A stretch of DNA of 64,000 nucleotides, taken from assembly GCF_009914755.1 (NCBI RefSeq), contig NC_060928.1; one strand, given 5' to 3'. The DNA comes from the human T2T-CHM13v2.0 reference genome, Homo sapiens. The notes under the pieces are model-generated. The model was not told the origin of the DNA. It searched no databases and saw only the letters and a list, made by a program, of their open reading frames with translations. Position 1 is the stretch's first letter. Every line of letters begins with the position of its first letter. The position numbers and the translations under genes are program-made. Positions 19,232-32,582 of this stretch are shown here, one piece after another.

Positions 19232-22200
19232 GAATAACATTAACCTCTGTGTACATCTCCATCAGAGCTCTTTGGTGAGAAAGGTGCATTGTCAATGAGC
19301 ACTTATATTTTGAAGGGGATCTTTTTCTCGTGAGCAGTAGTTCTCAACAGTGGGCTTAAAATATTCAGTAAATCATGCTGCAAAAAGATGTACTGTTATC
19401 CAGGCTTTGTTGTTTCATTTATGGAGCAAGGGTAAAGTAAATTTAGCATAATTCTTAAAGGTCCTAGGATTTTCAGAATGACAAATCAGCATTGGCTCCA
19501 ACTTAAAGTTGCCAGCCACATTAGCCCCCAGTAAGAGAGTCAACCTGTTCTTTGAAGCTTTGAAGCTAGTCATTGACTTCTGTCTAGCTATGAAAAGTCC
19601 TAGATGGCATGTTTTTCCAATGGAAGGCTGTTTGGTCTACATTAAAAATCTGCTGATTAGTGTAGCCATCCTTACCAATTACCTTAGCTATATCTTCAGG
19701 AAAACTTGCAACTTCTCCATCAGCACTTGCTGCTTCACCTCGCACTTTTATGTTATGAAACAAATTATTTTCTGAAACATCTTGAACCAATTTCTGCTAC
19801 CTTCAAACTTTGCTTCTGCAGCTTTCTCACTTATTTCAGCCTTCAGAGAATTGAACAGAGCTAGGGTCTTGCTCTGAATTAAGTTTTTTAGCTTAAAGGA
19901 ATGCTATGACCAGTTTAATCTTCTATTTAGACAACAAAAAATTTGTTCATCAATAATGCTATTTTACTTTCTTATCATGCACATTTTCATTAGAGTTGCA
20001 CATTCAATTATTTTTAAGAACTTTTCCTTTTCATTTACAACATGGCTAACTGGTTAATGCAAGAAGCCTAACTTTGAGCCTATTTTGGCTTTTGGCATAC
20101 CTTCCTTAATAAGCTAAATTATTTTTAGCTTCTGATTTAAAGTGAGAGACATGAGACTCTTCCTTTCACTTGAACACTTAGAAGTCACTCTAGGGTTATT
20201 AATTGGCTTAATTTTAGTGTTATTGTGTCTCAGAAAATAGAAAGGCCCAAGAAGAAGGAGAGAGCTAAGGGAAGTTCTAGTCAATGATACAGTCGGAATA
20301 CACAGCATTGAACAATCAAGTTTGCAGTCTTATATAGGCACAGTTTGTGGCGCCCCAAAACAATTACAATAGCAACAACGAAGATCACTAAGCACAGCTC
20401 ACCATAACAGATATACTAATAATGAAAAAGTTTGAAATATATCGGAATTGCCAAAATGTGACACAGAGACACAAAGTAAACACATGCTGTTAGAAAAAAA
20501 TGGCACCGATAGAATTGCTTGATACAGGGTTGTCACAAACTTTTGGTTTGTTAAAAACAAAAATGCACTATCTGTTAAACACAGTAAAGCAGAGCACAAT
20601 GAAACTAGGTATGTTTGAAAAGTATTATAATATAGACAATTTGAAAGATGAAAGATGTTTTTTCCCTATTTTAAGTGGTAATATTAGCATCCTCCATCAA
20701 GCAGGATTGAATTTCTGAGTAAGACCACCCTAGAAAAAGTTAGAAAATATTAAGTTGAGATAGGCAGCTTCTATAAAGTCTCTAATGCCCTGTCAGTCAG
20801 TTTTTGATCATTCCATAGGGTTGGCAAATATTCTTTAACTAAACAGACTGAAGGTGACGATAGAAAAGGTTAGTGAATTTGTCATTATTATGATAATAAT
20901 TATTATTCTACTCGTAGTGGCAGTAGTCATAGAAATAGATTTGTGGCTCCTTTTGTGCTACTCTGTTGGAGAAGAAAAATATGAGTATAGAGTACATACA
21001 AATAACATTGTATAATTTTATAATGGGAAGATATATATGGAAATTCAAGGTTGCAAAAGTAATAAGAACTTCAAAACAAAGGAATATAGAGATATCTTAA
21101 TGGTGGAGTGTTTGAAAGATTCTTTCTATGATTTATGTTATAGAAAGCAACGTTTTTACAGTCTTGATGAATTAAAAGTGCATATCAAAATGCTAGGTCA
21201 TTTTTCCTGAGAAACATTATAATTCTATGCATATATATTTGGATATAAAGAAGTATAAGGACAAGAAAACCTAAGGTTATAAAATAAAAATCCATAAGAA
21301 TAGGTATTTAGCCTATCATATCTACCCCGTATCCATAGTTCCTATGGCAGCATTTGTCAAACAGCAAGTCTAAAATATTTTACGAATAAATGAGTGAATA
21401 GAAGCTTTCATTTGCACACTCCATTGTAGGTAGTCTATAATTAATTATATCTAATGTAGTTATGTAACTGAAGAGCTTAAAATGCCAGACTTGAGTATAA
21501 AATAAAAATAATCATTAAGACAATATTACATATTTAATTGAAGTTACTAGAATATGGACAACTTATTTAAATGCAGAATCAAACACAACTTTTTGAAATA
21601 AGGTCATTCATGTAGCTTAATTCTACTAAAAGAGATTTATTTTCTATATTTGATGTCATTCAATAGCGCAGAGAATCAATGTTAGTAGTAGTTAATATAA
21701 CTTGAATGACATTTTTCATACTCACAAGAAAATTACTCTGAGTTTCAACTTTTCTGACAGTGGATAAATATAATAAATAACTACACACTCATTCCTACTA
21801 AAATAGACTACTATTTTATTGATTATATTATTTTCTCACATTGTTGTCTGGATATATAGTAAAATAAAGTATTTTTACCAGGCTATGAAAAATGCAAAAC
21901 GTGTATAGGTTGGCTTGACCAGATTGAGCTTCAACAGGGAATCAAGCAGAGGGCAAATTCTTTAACAATATTGCTTTGCATGCTCTCTTCAGGGCAGAAC
22001 ATCTCTTTATTCCATCTCTCTGGTTTTCAGTGGGGAATGGGAAAGCTCAAATGGTATTTTGAGAGTTGTTAGCATTATCCAAGGAGGGTGAGAAGGGAGA
22101 AGCAAGATGCTAAGGAAGAAGACATTGATTAAATGAGTTTCCAGAGTTTCCATGGCTTACATTATAAAATAAAACCTACTTTGTCGAGTGTTCAAACTTT

Positions 22201-24970
22201 CCTCAATCTTGTATCACCATCATTTTTATGTATGTATTTCCATAGGTAGCACTTAGAGCTCAGTTTTGCTTTTACCCTGTTATTGCTCTTACTAATATTA
22301 CAATGCACTAGAAAGAATATTTTCCTATTCCTTTCAGCTTCAAATGAAATACTATTCAACATTAAGGCTGTGACCTCTCTGACCATTTTCTCCATAAAGA
22401 AAACTTTTTATATGCCCCGTGTTGTCTTTTTTATATACTATTGGAGATATTTACTCTAATTTGATAGATTGTACGCTTACTTTCCTGTTTTCATCTTCCA
22501 TATACGATTACTATTTAATGATAAGGTGGGAAAATCTTAACAGGACTATCAGCTGAAGAGACAAGACACAGGAGATTGTATAAATAATTCTGGAGCATGT
22601 AAAGTAATGAAAGAAAAAGGCAGATAGAACAATAGTAAAATAAAGGGAGAGATTCAACTCTCTTTGCTGAAATCAAAGTTATAAAATTAAGTCTTTATTT
22701 ACTATTGAATATTGTACTTTTATATAATATGATTATTTTTACTATTAAATGGTAGAAGTTATACATGTAATAAAACAGACATGTCACTTGCATTATTGGT
22801 AATTGTTAGTATTATAATGAAATCTGTTAATTGCTGGTATTTAAGAACATACATTATTCATAAATTTTGATGTGGCCTTCTTAACAGATACATATATGAA
22901 AATGCAGAGTTTATGTAAATCCATAAAAATTATTTCCCTGGATGACTGTTAATATTTTCACTATTGTGGATTGTGATTTGTACATATTTTGCAAAGTACA
23001 CCACTGCTTTACAAATAATTTATATGCAAATTTAATATGACTATAGTTTGTGACTTAATATTTGGTAGAAATCACCTTTTATTTTTATCGTTATTATTGT
23101 CATTATTTATTGCAATTAAGGGAAACGATGTATTATTAATACTCCATGACAAGTTTAATTTTGATATCTTAAATGTTAACTTCAATATTTATTCTCTTTT
23201 ATACTCTGTTCTTTTTTAGCTTATCCAAAATCATGAGGAGTGATTCCTAAAAAAAAACACTTTTTATTCAAATAATTTTGTTTCTCAGTATTACATACAA
23301 AATATATCCTCTTCATTTATGTATATCTGTAAATATGTGGAGGCTCTTAAATAGCATTTGCCATAGCACATAGGAAGAAAGATTGTGAGACAGAAATATA
23401 AATTATGATTTGTGTACAAGCAAGGGAAATTATGATTCTGGCTATCTTACCAAATTAGATATTATTATAAATCTATTAAAAGCTCTGAAATTGAATGATA
23501 AGGCTGAAAAATTAGATTTGAAAATTACATAAAATTGAGGCAGCTCAGGAGGGTAGGAAGAAACAACTACATAACAGGAGCTGTGTGTTTAACCTATTGT
23601 ACTAGCAAAAATGATTCTTATCATTCTCTCAAGATCATCGTCGAGTATCTGGTTGAATGTGCCTTTGCCTTGGCTGTACCAGGAGCATGAGAAGAAGCAC
23701 CATAGAATGTCTCCAAGAAACCTTTTGTTTTCCATGGAGAGAGGGTAGGTAGCTGGATTCATATTTCTCCAAATCTACTCCAAATATACATAGTATATAT
23801 ACTATGTTGGATTCCTCAAAATGAATTTAGGCTGCTGATAAAAAGGTGGAATGGGGCTTTTGGTTCCAACTGGCAATGTGGAACCAAGCTGGCTTCACTC
23901 ACCCCCACAGAAAACCAAAACCAAGAATACAGTTCCAAGATTATCACCAGCAGTATCCCTGAACTCAAATATGAAGTGGACGTAGTTCTTGGGGCCATAG
24001 AAAGGGGGAAAAAAAAGCAGAAGTTAGAAGAATTGGACTACCATGTCCAAAACACTCCTCCTCCAAAACTGCTCAGCATCAAGCTCGGGAAAATTTCCTT
24101 CCCAACTCATGGTTTCTACAATGAAAAGAGTGAGATTGAGACAGACAACCAGCCTCTCCATCATCGTCAATTCCCTGGCAGGAGACAGATCAATTGGAAA
24201 CAATAATAACTATAGCAACCTGTTCAGAGTAGGCATTATAAAAATATGTAAATTGAGACAACATAAAACAAAATGTATGGGACATGATGTTGAAATGCAC
24301 AGGTTTTTTTTTCATTGTTTTTTTTTCTTTGTTTCTATTCTTTGTTTTAAGTTGTAATCTCTTTAAAATAAGTCATTACATCTATAAGATGTTTTTTCCT
24401 AAGCCTCATGGAAATCACATTGCAAAAACCTGTAGCATGTATTTTTTTTAAAACAGTAACAAATTAAACATTCTACCAGGGAAAATCACTTAACTACAAA
24501 GGAAGACAGTAAGAATGAAAGAAAGGAAGAGAGTGAGAATGAAAGAAAGGAAGAGGAGTTATAAAACAACCCAAAAACAAACAACATGGTACTCCTTACT
24601 TATCAATAAGAAAATTGAATGTTAATAGACGCAGTTTTCCAATTAACAGACACAGAGTGGCTGAATGTATAAAGCAGCAAGACCCAACTACATGCTGGCT
24701 ACAGGAAAACCACTTTACCTGTAAAGACACACATCCGAGAAAGTGAAAAAAAAAAAAAAAAGGAAAAAATATTCCCAGCAAATGGAAAACAAAAAAGAGC
24801 AAGACTAGCTATACTTACATCAGATAAAATAAAAATGTGTCAAAGACTGAAAAAAGTACAAAGAAAGTCACTATATCATGACAAAAGGGACAATTCAGCA
24901 AGGATATATAAAAATTATGCATATTTCTGCATTGAATATCAGAGCAACCAAGTATATAAAGCAAACACTT

Positions 24971-25144
24971 TTATATATATATAACATTATATATATATAT
25001 ATTATTTGAAAATGTGTAGTGCATCCTCCTTCACTCTCTTCCTCCAGCTCTGACCACGTAAGACATGCCTGCTGTCTATTATATATATAATATATATATA
25101 CAATTATATATTATGTCTATTATATATATATTATATTGTGTCTA

Positions 25145-25190
<46 letters not shown>
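24971..25190. repeat. (TA)n-rich tract containing a 70-bp inverted copy of the neighbouring MSTA LTR
   Basis: 25005-25074 matches the reverse complement of 26060-26129 at 66/70 positions by eye. Confidence 0.9.
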
Positions 25191-25192
<2 letters not shown>

Positions 25193-25901
25193 ATAGACTG
25201 CATACTATAATAATAGGGAATTTCAACAGCCCACTCTCAGTAATGAACATACCATCCAGGCAGAAAATCAAGAAGGAAACATTGGTGTTAAACTACACAC
25301 TAGCCCACATAGGCCTAAATGACATTTACAGAATATTTTACCCAACTGCTACAGAATACTATTTCTCTTCATCAGCGAAGAAAACATTCTCCAGAATAGA
25401 ACATATATTAGGCCACAAAACAAGTCTCAATTTCAAATCTTTTTCTGGTCACCGTGAAATAAAACTAGAAATCAATAATACGAACCCCGGAAAGTGCATA
25501 ACCACATGGAAATTAAATAACATGCTCCTGAAAAACCAATAAGTCAGTGAAGAAATTAAGAAGGACATTTAGAGCTTTTATTGAATAATGAAAGTAAAAA
25601 TCCAACATATCAAAATCTATGGGATACAGCAAAAGCAGTAGTAAGAGAGATGTTATAATAATAAACACATATCTGAAAAAAGTAAAAAGACTTTAAATTA
25701 AAAAGCTAATGATGTACCTCAGGAAGTAGAAAAATAAAACCAACAAAACCAAACCCCAAATTAGTAGAACAAAAGTCATAATAAACATCAAAGAGATATA
25801 AATAAAATTGAAACTAAAAAAAGATGGAAAAAATCAATGAGATGAAACATTGATTTTTTGAAAAGATAATCAAAATTGACAAAACTTTAGCAATACTACC
25901 T

Positions 25902-26285
25902 TGTATTAGTCTATTCTTGCACTGTTATAAAGGACTACCTGAGACTGGGCAATTAATAAAGAAAATAAGTTTAATTGGCTCACAGTTCTGCAGACTCTAC
26001 AGTCTTCTTCTTCTGGGGAGGCCTCAGGAAACTTAAAATCATGGCAGAAGGCAAAGGGGCAGCAGGCATGTCTTACGTGGTCAGAGCTGGAGAAATAGAG
26101 TGAAGGAGGATGCGCTACACACTTTCAAACAACCAGATATTTAAGAATTCACTCACTGTCTTGAGAACAGCAAGGGGGAAATCCACCCCCATGATCAAAT
26201 TACCTCCCATTAGACCCCTGCTCCAACATTGGGGATTACAATTCAACATGAGATTTGGGTGAGGACACGAATGCAAACCATATCA
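25902..26285 (-). mobile_element. MaLR solo LTR (MSTA-like) inside L1 ORF2
   Basis: TGTATTAGTC..ACCTGAGACTGGG ... CAACATGAGATTTGGGT..CAAACCATATCA termini. Confidence 0.9.
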
Positions 26286-27560
26286 CTAGCTAAGATTAAA
26301 AAACAGATAAGAGCCATAAAAATAAAATCAAAAACAAAACAGCAGGCATAACAACTAATGTCACAGAAATATAAAGACTCATTAGACACTATTATAAACA
26401 ATGATATTCCAACAAATTGGAAAACACAGAAGAAATGGATAAAATTTTGGACATATACAACTCACTAAGATTGAACCTTTAAAAAATAGGAAACCTCAAC
26501 ACACTAACAGTTACTAATGAGATCAAAACCATATTTAAATGTCTTCCATCAAAGAAATGCCAAGCACCTGATGCCTTCATTCCTGAAATAATATCAAATC
26601 TATTCAAGCTCTTGAAAAATTTTAAAGAGAGAATACTTACAAACTAATTCTATAAGGCCAACATTACCATGATGCCAAAACCAGACAAGGATACAACAAC
26701 AGAAAAAGAAATCTACAGGCCATCACTACTGATTAACATAGATGCAAAAACTCTCAACATGATACTAGCAAACCAAATTGAATAACACCTTAAAAAGATT
26801 ATTTACCATGATCTAATGGAATTTGTCCCAGGGATGCAAGGATGGTTTAACATATGCAAATTAATAAAAGTGATACATTATGTTAAGAGAATAAAGAATA
26901 AAAGACAAGATAATTTCAATAGATGCTTAAAAAGCATTTGGTTATATTTAATATCCCTTTATGATAAAAATTCTCAAAAAATTGTGTATAGAAAGCATGT
27001 ACCTCAAAATAATAAAGGTTGTATATGACAAACCCAAAGCTAACATCACACAACATGGAGAAAAATTGAAGTCCTTTCCTCTAAGATCTGGAATAAGATA
27101 AGGATGCCCACTTTCACCACTTATATTAAACAGAATCCTAGAAGTCCTGGCCAGGGCAATTAAGAAAGAAAATGAATGAAGGGCATCTAAATTGGAAAAG
27201 AAGATGTCAAATTAGCATTGTTCACAGATGACATAATCTTATATTTGGAAAAACCTAAAGACTTAAAAAAAAACTGTTGGAATGAAGCCAGTGATGTTGC
27301 AAGATACAAAAGCAGCACAGTAAAATCAGTAGGATATATAAATGCTAACAGTGAACTACCTGCAAAAGAACTCGAAAGTAGTCCATTTACAATAGCTACA
27401 AAGAATAAAAATACATAGGAATAAATTTAACCAAATAAGTGAAGGATATATAAAAGGAAAACTATAAAACAGTGAGGAAAGAAACTGAAGATGACACAAA
27501 AAATGGAAAAATACTTCATGCTCATGATTGGAGGAATTAATATTGTTAAAATAACAATAC

Positions 27561-28151
27561 TAAAGCGGCTACATTGTCTGGGGTTAGTACCTGGGGTTTG
27601 TCATCACGTGCTAGGAAAACTTAGAACATGGACACACATGAGGAGTTTAGGAGCAGAGGTTTAATACGCAAAAGAAAAAGGAAGAAAGGAAAATGAAAAC
27701 AGCTCTCTCTGTAGTTAGAGAGTGGGAACTGCTGATGGGAAGATGGGCCGACAGCAGATGCACTGGATTTTACAGTCAGGCTTGAGGAGGTGGTGTCTGA
27801 TTTACACAGGGCTCACAGATTGGTTAAATCAGGTATGACGTTTATATAGTTTGCAGGGAAGGCTGGCTGCCCCAGCTTAATCTTATAATCCAAATGAGCC
27901 TTCCAGTTGACTAGTGTCATCTTCTCTGCTCCTTACTGTACGTATGGCTGACAAAGAAATGGGAAGATGGAGCTGCCATCTTGAACATGATTGGCACAAC
28001 TGTCATCATCTATGTCTGCAACTCTATTTTACAGGCTGCTCTTTGTTAGAAAGGAAAACCATTTGGGGCTGCTTTTTATTAAAAGGAAAACCTTACTGAG
28101 GACTTCCGGACCCTCACTATCTACCTAAGTAACTTCTTAACTCTTGTATCA
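27561..28151 (-). mobile_element. ERV1-class solo LTR (LTR9/MER61-like) inside L1 ORF2
   Basis: Minus strand starts TGATACAAGAGTTAAGAAG..TTAGGTAGATAGTGAGGG; 4-bp TSD ATAC (27557-27560, 28152-28155); L1 resumes on both sides. Subfamily uncertain. Confidence 0.8.
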
Positions 28152-30678
28152 ATACTACCCAAAGCAATTTATCAATCCAACGCAATCCTTATCAAAATAC
28201 CAATGACATTATTCACAGAAATAGAAAAAAATCATGAAATTTATATGAACCCATAAAAGGCAGGCACTGAATACCCAAAGCAATCCTGAGCAAAAAGAAC
28301 AAAGCTGAAGGCATTACACTACCAGACTTCAAAATAAAATACAAAACTATAATAATAAAATCAGCATGGTGTTGGCATAACAATAGACACATAGACCAAT
28401 AAAGCAAAATAGAAAAACTAGATGTTAACTCACATATTTACAATCAATTCATTTTCAGCAAAAACACCAAGAACCTACAATGGAAAAAGGATAGTTTCAT
28501 CAATAAATGATGCTGGGAAAACCGCATAACCATATGCAGAAGAATGAAACTAAACCTTTATCTCTCACCATATATAAACATCAAATGAAAATGGAGTAAA
28601 GACATAAATCTAAGACCTGTATCTATGAAAGTATCAGAAGAAAACTTTGAAACTTCGGGGAAATGCTTCTGATCATAGGTCTGGGCAAAGGCATTTTGTA
28701 CAAGACCTCTAAAGCATAGACAACCAAGGCAAAATCAGACTAATGGAATTATATCAAGTTTTATAAGCTTCTGCACAACAAAGGAAACAATTAACAAAGT
28801 GAAGAGGCAACCCACAGAATAGGAGAAAATATTTTTAAACAAGGGATTAATAACCAGAATATATGAATCTTAAACAACTCAATAGCAAAAAATACAAATA
28901 ATCTGATTAAAAATTGGCAAATGATCTGAATAGACATTTCTCAAAAGAAGACATACAAATGGCTAACAGGTATGTGGAAAAATGCTGAACATCACTAATC
29001 ACCAGGTAAATGCAAATCAAAACCACAATTGCATAGCATCTCACCTCAATTAAGATGGCTTTTATCAAAACAACAGGGAATAAGGAATGCTGGCAAGAAT
29101 GTAGAGAAAGAGGAACATTCATACACTGTTAATGAGAATGTAAATTAGTACAGCCACTATGGCATACAATATAGAGGTTTCTCAGAAAGCTAAACATAGA
29201 CTCACCATATGATCCAGAAATTACACTTCTGAGTGTATGTATCCAAAAGAAAAAAAATCAATATATCAAAGTAATGTCTGCACTGCCAGGTTTATTGCAG
29301 CACAATTTGCAATAGCCAAAACCTGAAATCAAGCTAATTGTTCATCAACAGATAAATTAATAAAGATTATGTGGCCTCTATATACAAATATATATATAAA
29401 ATAGAATATTATTCAACCATAAAAAAGAATGAAATTCTGTCATTTGCACCAACATTGATAAAACTGGAGGTCATTATGTTAAGTGAAATAAGCCAAGCAC
29501 AGAAAGACAAATATTGCATGTTTTCACTTATTTTACAGAGGTAAAAAATGAATCTCAGGAAGACAGAGAATAGTTTGGTGGTTACCAGAGGCCAGGAAGG
29601 GTTGGGGGAGGAAAAGTGAAGACAGGTTGATTAATGGGTACAAATACATAGCTTGATAGAAGAAACAGGACCTGGTGTTTCATAGATCAATAGGGTGACT
29701 AGAGTTTACAATAATTTATTATATATTGCAAAATAGCTATAAGAGCATAATTTAAATGTTTCCAGTGTAAAGAAATGAGAAATATTTAAGGTGATGTATA
29801 TCCCATTTGCCCTGATTTGATTTGTACAAATTATATGAATGTATTAAATTATCACAAATAGTCCCCAAAATGTGTACATATATTATGTGTCAATAAAAAA
29901 TAAAATCTTAAAAATTAAAAAAAGGATGCATGAGACATGAGATCATTAAAAACAAAGATTATAGTAGGTGAGATTTTTATATATATTATCTATTTCACCT
30001 TTACATGCTATTATCCTAGTTGGTATTTTTAGTGTTCTCAACCTAAGCATATTATTTAAAATTAAAGATTAATGCTAATTTAGAAATTCATTGAGGAAAG
30101 AAAAGAAATTGCTAGTAGTTAGTTGATTATCCAGAAGCTTCTTATTTTCTAGATCTTAATGTAAATGTAGTTGGTTTAAACAGGTGAAACTTTCATGCAT
30201 TATTCCTCCTTCAAGTTACTATTTTCATGTAATCCTCTTTCCTTTTGCAATACAATGCATATTTTATAGATATATCATTTATTTATGAATAGCTTTCTGT
30301 TTTTATTCCCCATGAAATTCATATTTTGAAAAGTATTTTCAACCAACTTTTCTGAACAGCAAATGATTCAAGTTTTATCACATAAATTAATATCAATCCA
30401 GAGAAAAGTTAAAAAAAAATAAAAACCATATTTAAACTGTACAGATTTGTGGTAGGAAAAGATAATGTATATACTAAGGTTTTATGGTTGTTAATATTAA
30501 AAAGAGTAAATATACCTTCCTCAAAAATATTCTGAGGTTAAAAAAAAAAACAAAGCAACCCACAGTTTAGGTACTAACAGGCTAAGTACTTTCTTAGCAC
30601 TACATTAGGAAATTTCAGGATCCCATTTGTGTCTGTTAGTATTTGTCTCTCCTCACTCCCCCCTCCAACTTTCTGCCC

Positions 30679-31740
30679 TATCAGGGGAAATTCAGCCCCC
30701 TATATTTCTTCGTAGGTCCTTTTCTATTTTTCCCTAAGTGTCGGCTGGTCTGAGAAATAAAAGGAAAGAGTAAAAAAGGGAGAAATTTTAAAGCTGGGTG
30801 TCCAGGGGAGACATCACATGTCGGCAGGTTCTGTGATGCCCCAGAAGCCGCAAAAACAGCAAATTGTTATTAGTGATTTTCAAAAAGAGTGGGAGTGTAT
30901 GAATAGGGTGTGGGTCACAGAGATCACATGCTTCACAAGGTAGTAAAATATCACAAGGCAAATGGAGGCAGGGTGAGATCACAGGACCCGGGCAAAATTA
31001 AAATTGCTAATGAAGTTTTGGGAACGCATTGTCATTGATAACATTTTATCAGGAGACAGGGTTTGAGAGCAGACAACTGGTCTGACCAAAATTTATTAGG
31101 CGGGAATTTCCTCATCCTAATAAGCCTGGGAGCGCTACGGGAAACCGGGGCTTATTTCATCCCTTATCTACAACTGTAAAAGACAGATGTTCCCAAAGCG
31201 GCCATTTTAGAGACCTTCCCTTAGGAACACATTCTCTTTCTCAGGGATGTTCCTTGCTGAGAAAAAGAATTCAGGGATATTTCTCCTATTTGCTTTTGAA
31301 AGAAGAGAAATACGGCTCTGTTCCACCCAGCCCACAAGCAGCCAGACTTTAAGGTTATCTCCCTTGTTCCCTGAACATCGCTGTTATCCTGTTCTTTTTT
31401 CAAGGTGCCCAGAGTTTATATTGTTTAAACAATTTGTGCAGTTAATGCAATCATCACAGGGTCCTGAGGTGACATTCATCCTCAGCTTACGAAGATGACG
31501 GGATTAAGAGATTAAAGTAAACACAGGCATAGGAAATCACGTAAGTATTGATTGGGGAAGTGATGTGTCCATGAAATCTTCACAATTTATGTTCAGAGAT
31601 TGCAGTAAAGACAGGTGCAAGAAATTATAAAAGTATTAATTTGGGGAACTAATAAATGTCCATGAAATCTTCACAATTTATGTTCTTCTGCTGTGGCTTC
31701 AGCCAGTCCCTCTGTCTGGGGTCCCTGACTTCCCTCAACA
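30679..31740 (-). mobile_element. MER11 solo LTR (HERV-K11/HML-8)
   Basis: Minus strand starts TGTTGAGGGAAGTCAGGGACCCC..; internal GTCCATGAAATCTTCACAATTTATGTTC repeats; 6-bp TSD CTGCCC (30673-30678, 31741-31746). Confidence 0.93.
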
Positions 31741-32146
31741 CTGCCCTACTATATAAGTGAAGGAATATGCTTAAAATAAATATTCTGGCAGGCTTATTAT
31801 GTTTATAATATTACATAGAAGACTATTCTACATTTATATACTTTAGTCAATCACCTGCCTTCCCATTTTCATGTCTGTGCACTTCTATAGGCCCACTTTG
31901 GAGTAAATCTCCAAGCTGATCGACACAATTATCTGATTTTTAACCCCAAAATTATATTCTACGTATTGGCTTCTGAGTTCATTGAGTTCACTAACATTTG
32001 ATCTTCTTAGACCTCACATCCATCTGCAACATTTACACTAATTAGTACAATAGTGGGCTTTGGAGCCCAATGATGCTTCTTTCACACCTAACTCTACCAG
32101 TGACCTCACTTGCCTGTTCATTAGATTCCCTAGGAGCTTCTTAAGA

Positions 32147-32582
32147 GTACATATTTTTATGATTCCAACCATATGACACTCTGGAAAAGGAGAAACTGTG
32201 GAGATAGTGAAAAGATCAGTGGTTTCAGGGGTTCAGCAAAAGAAGAGAGTGGAGTACAGGGGAATTTTAGGACAGTAAAACTATTCTGTTTGATCTTGTA
32301 ATGGCGGTATCATTGGACATATTTGACTAATTTGTCAAAACCCATTGAAGTATATAGTATAAGGAGTGAACCCTAATGCAAATGATGGACTTTGATTATT
32401 AAATTGTATCAATGTTGGCTCATCAATTGTAACAAATAGAACACACCTCATCTTAGCCATGGAATGTTAATAACAGGATAATAGGAGAATAGAGTGGAGA
32501 GGAAGAGGATAGATGGAAACTTGGTCCGTTCAACTCAATTTTCCTGTAAACCTAAAACTGCTCTAGAAAAATAAAATCCATC
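32147..32582 (+). mobile_element. L1MC-type 3'UTR fragment
   Basis: ATGATTCCAACCATATGACACTCTGGAAAAGG..AAAAGATCAGTGGTT ... TGTAAACCTAAAACTGCTCT. Confidence 0.75.

Larger units (their letters stand above)
23853..29920 (+). mobile_element. Old L1 (L1MA4-like) with short 5'UTR piece, no visible ORF1, decayed ORF2 and full 3'UTR; hosts two LTRs
   Basis: ORF remnants IIIGNFNSPLS, TFSRIEHILGHK, PGMQGWFNI, FTDDIILYLE; L1MA-type 3'UTR ending AATAAAAAATAAAA; degenerate TSD AAAAAGGTGGAATG / AAAAAGGATGCATG. Confidence 0.9.

Noticed and set aside
31566-31685. Repeated TGTCCATGAAATCTTCACAATTTATGTTC units with spacer
   Set aside because: Intrinsic internal repeats of the MER11 LTR.
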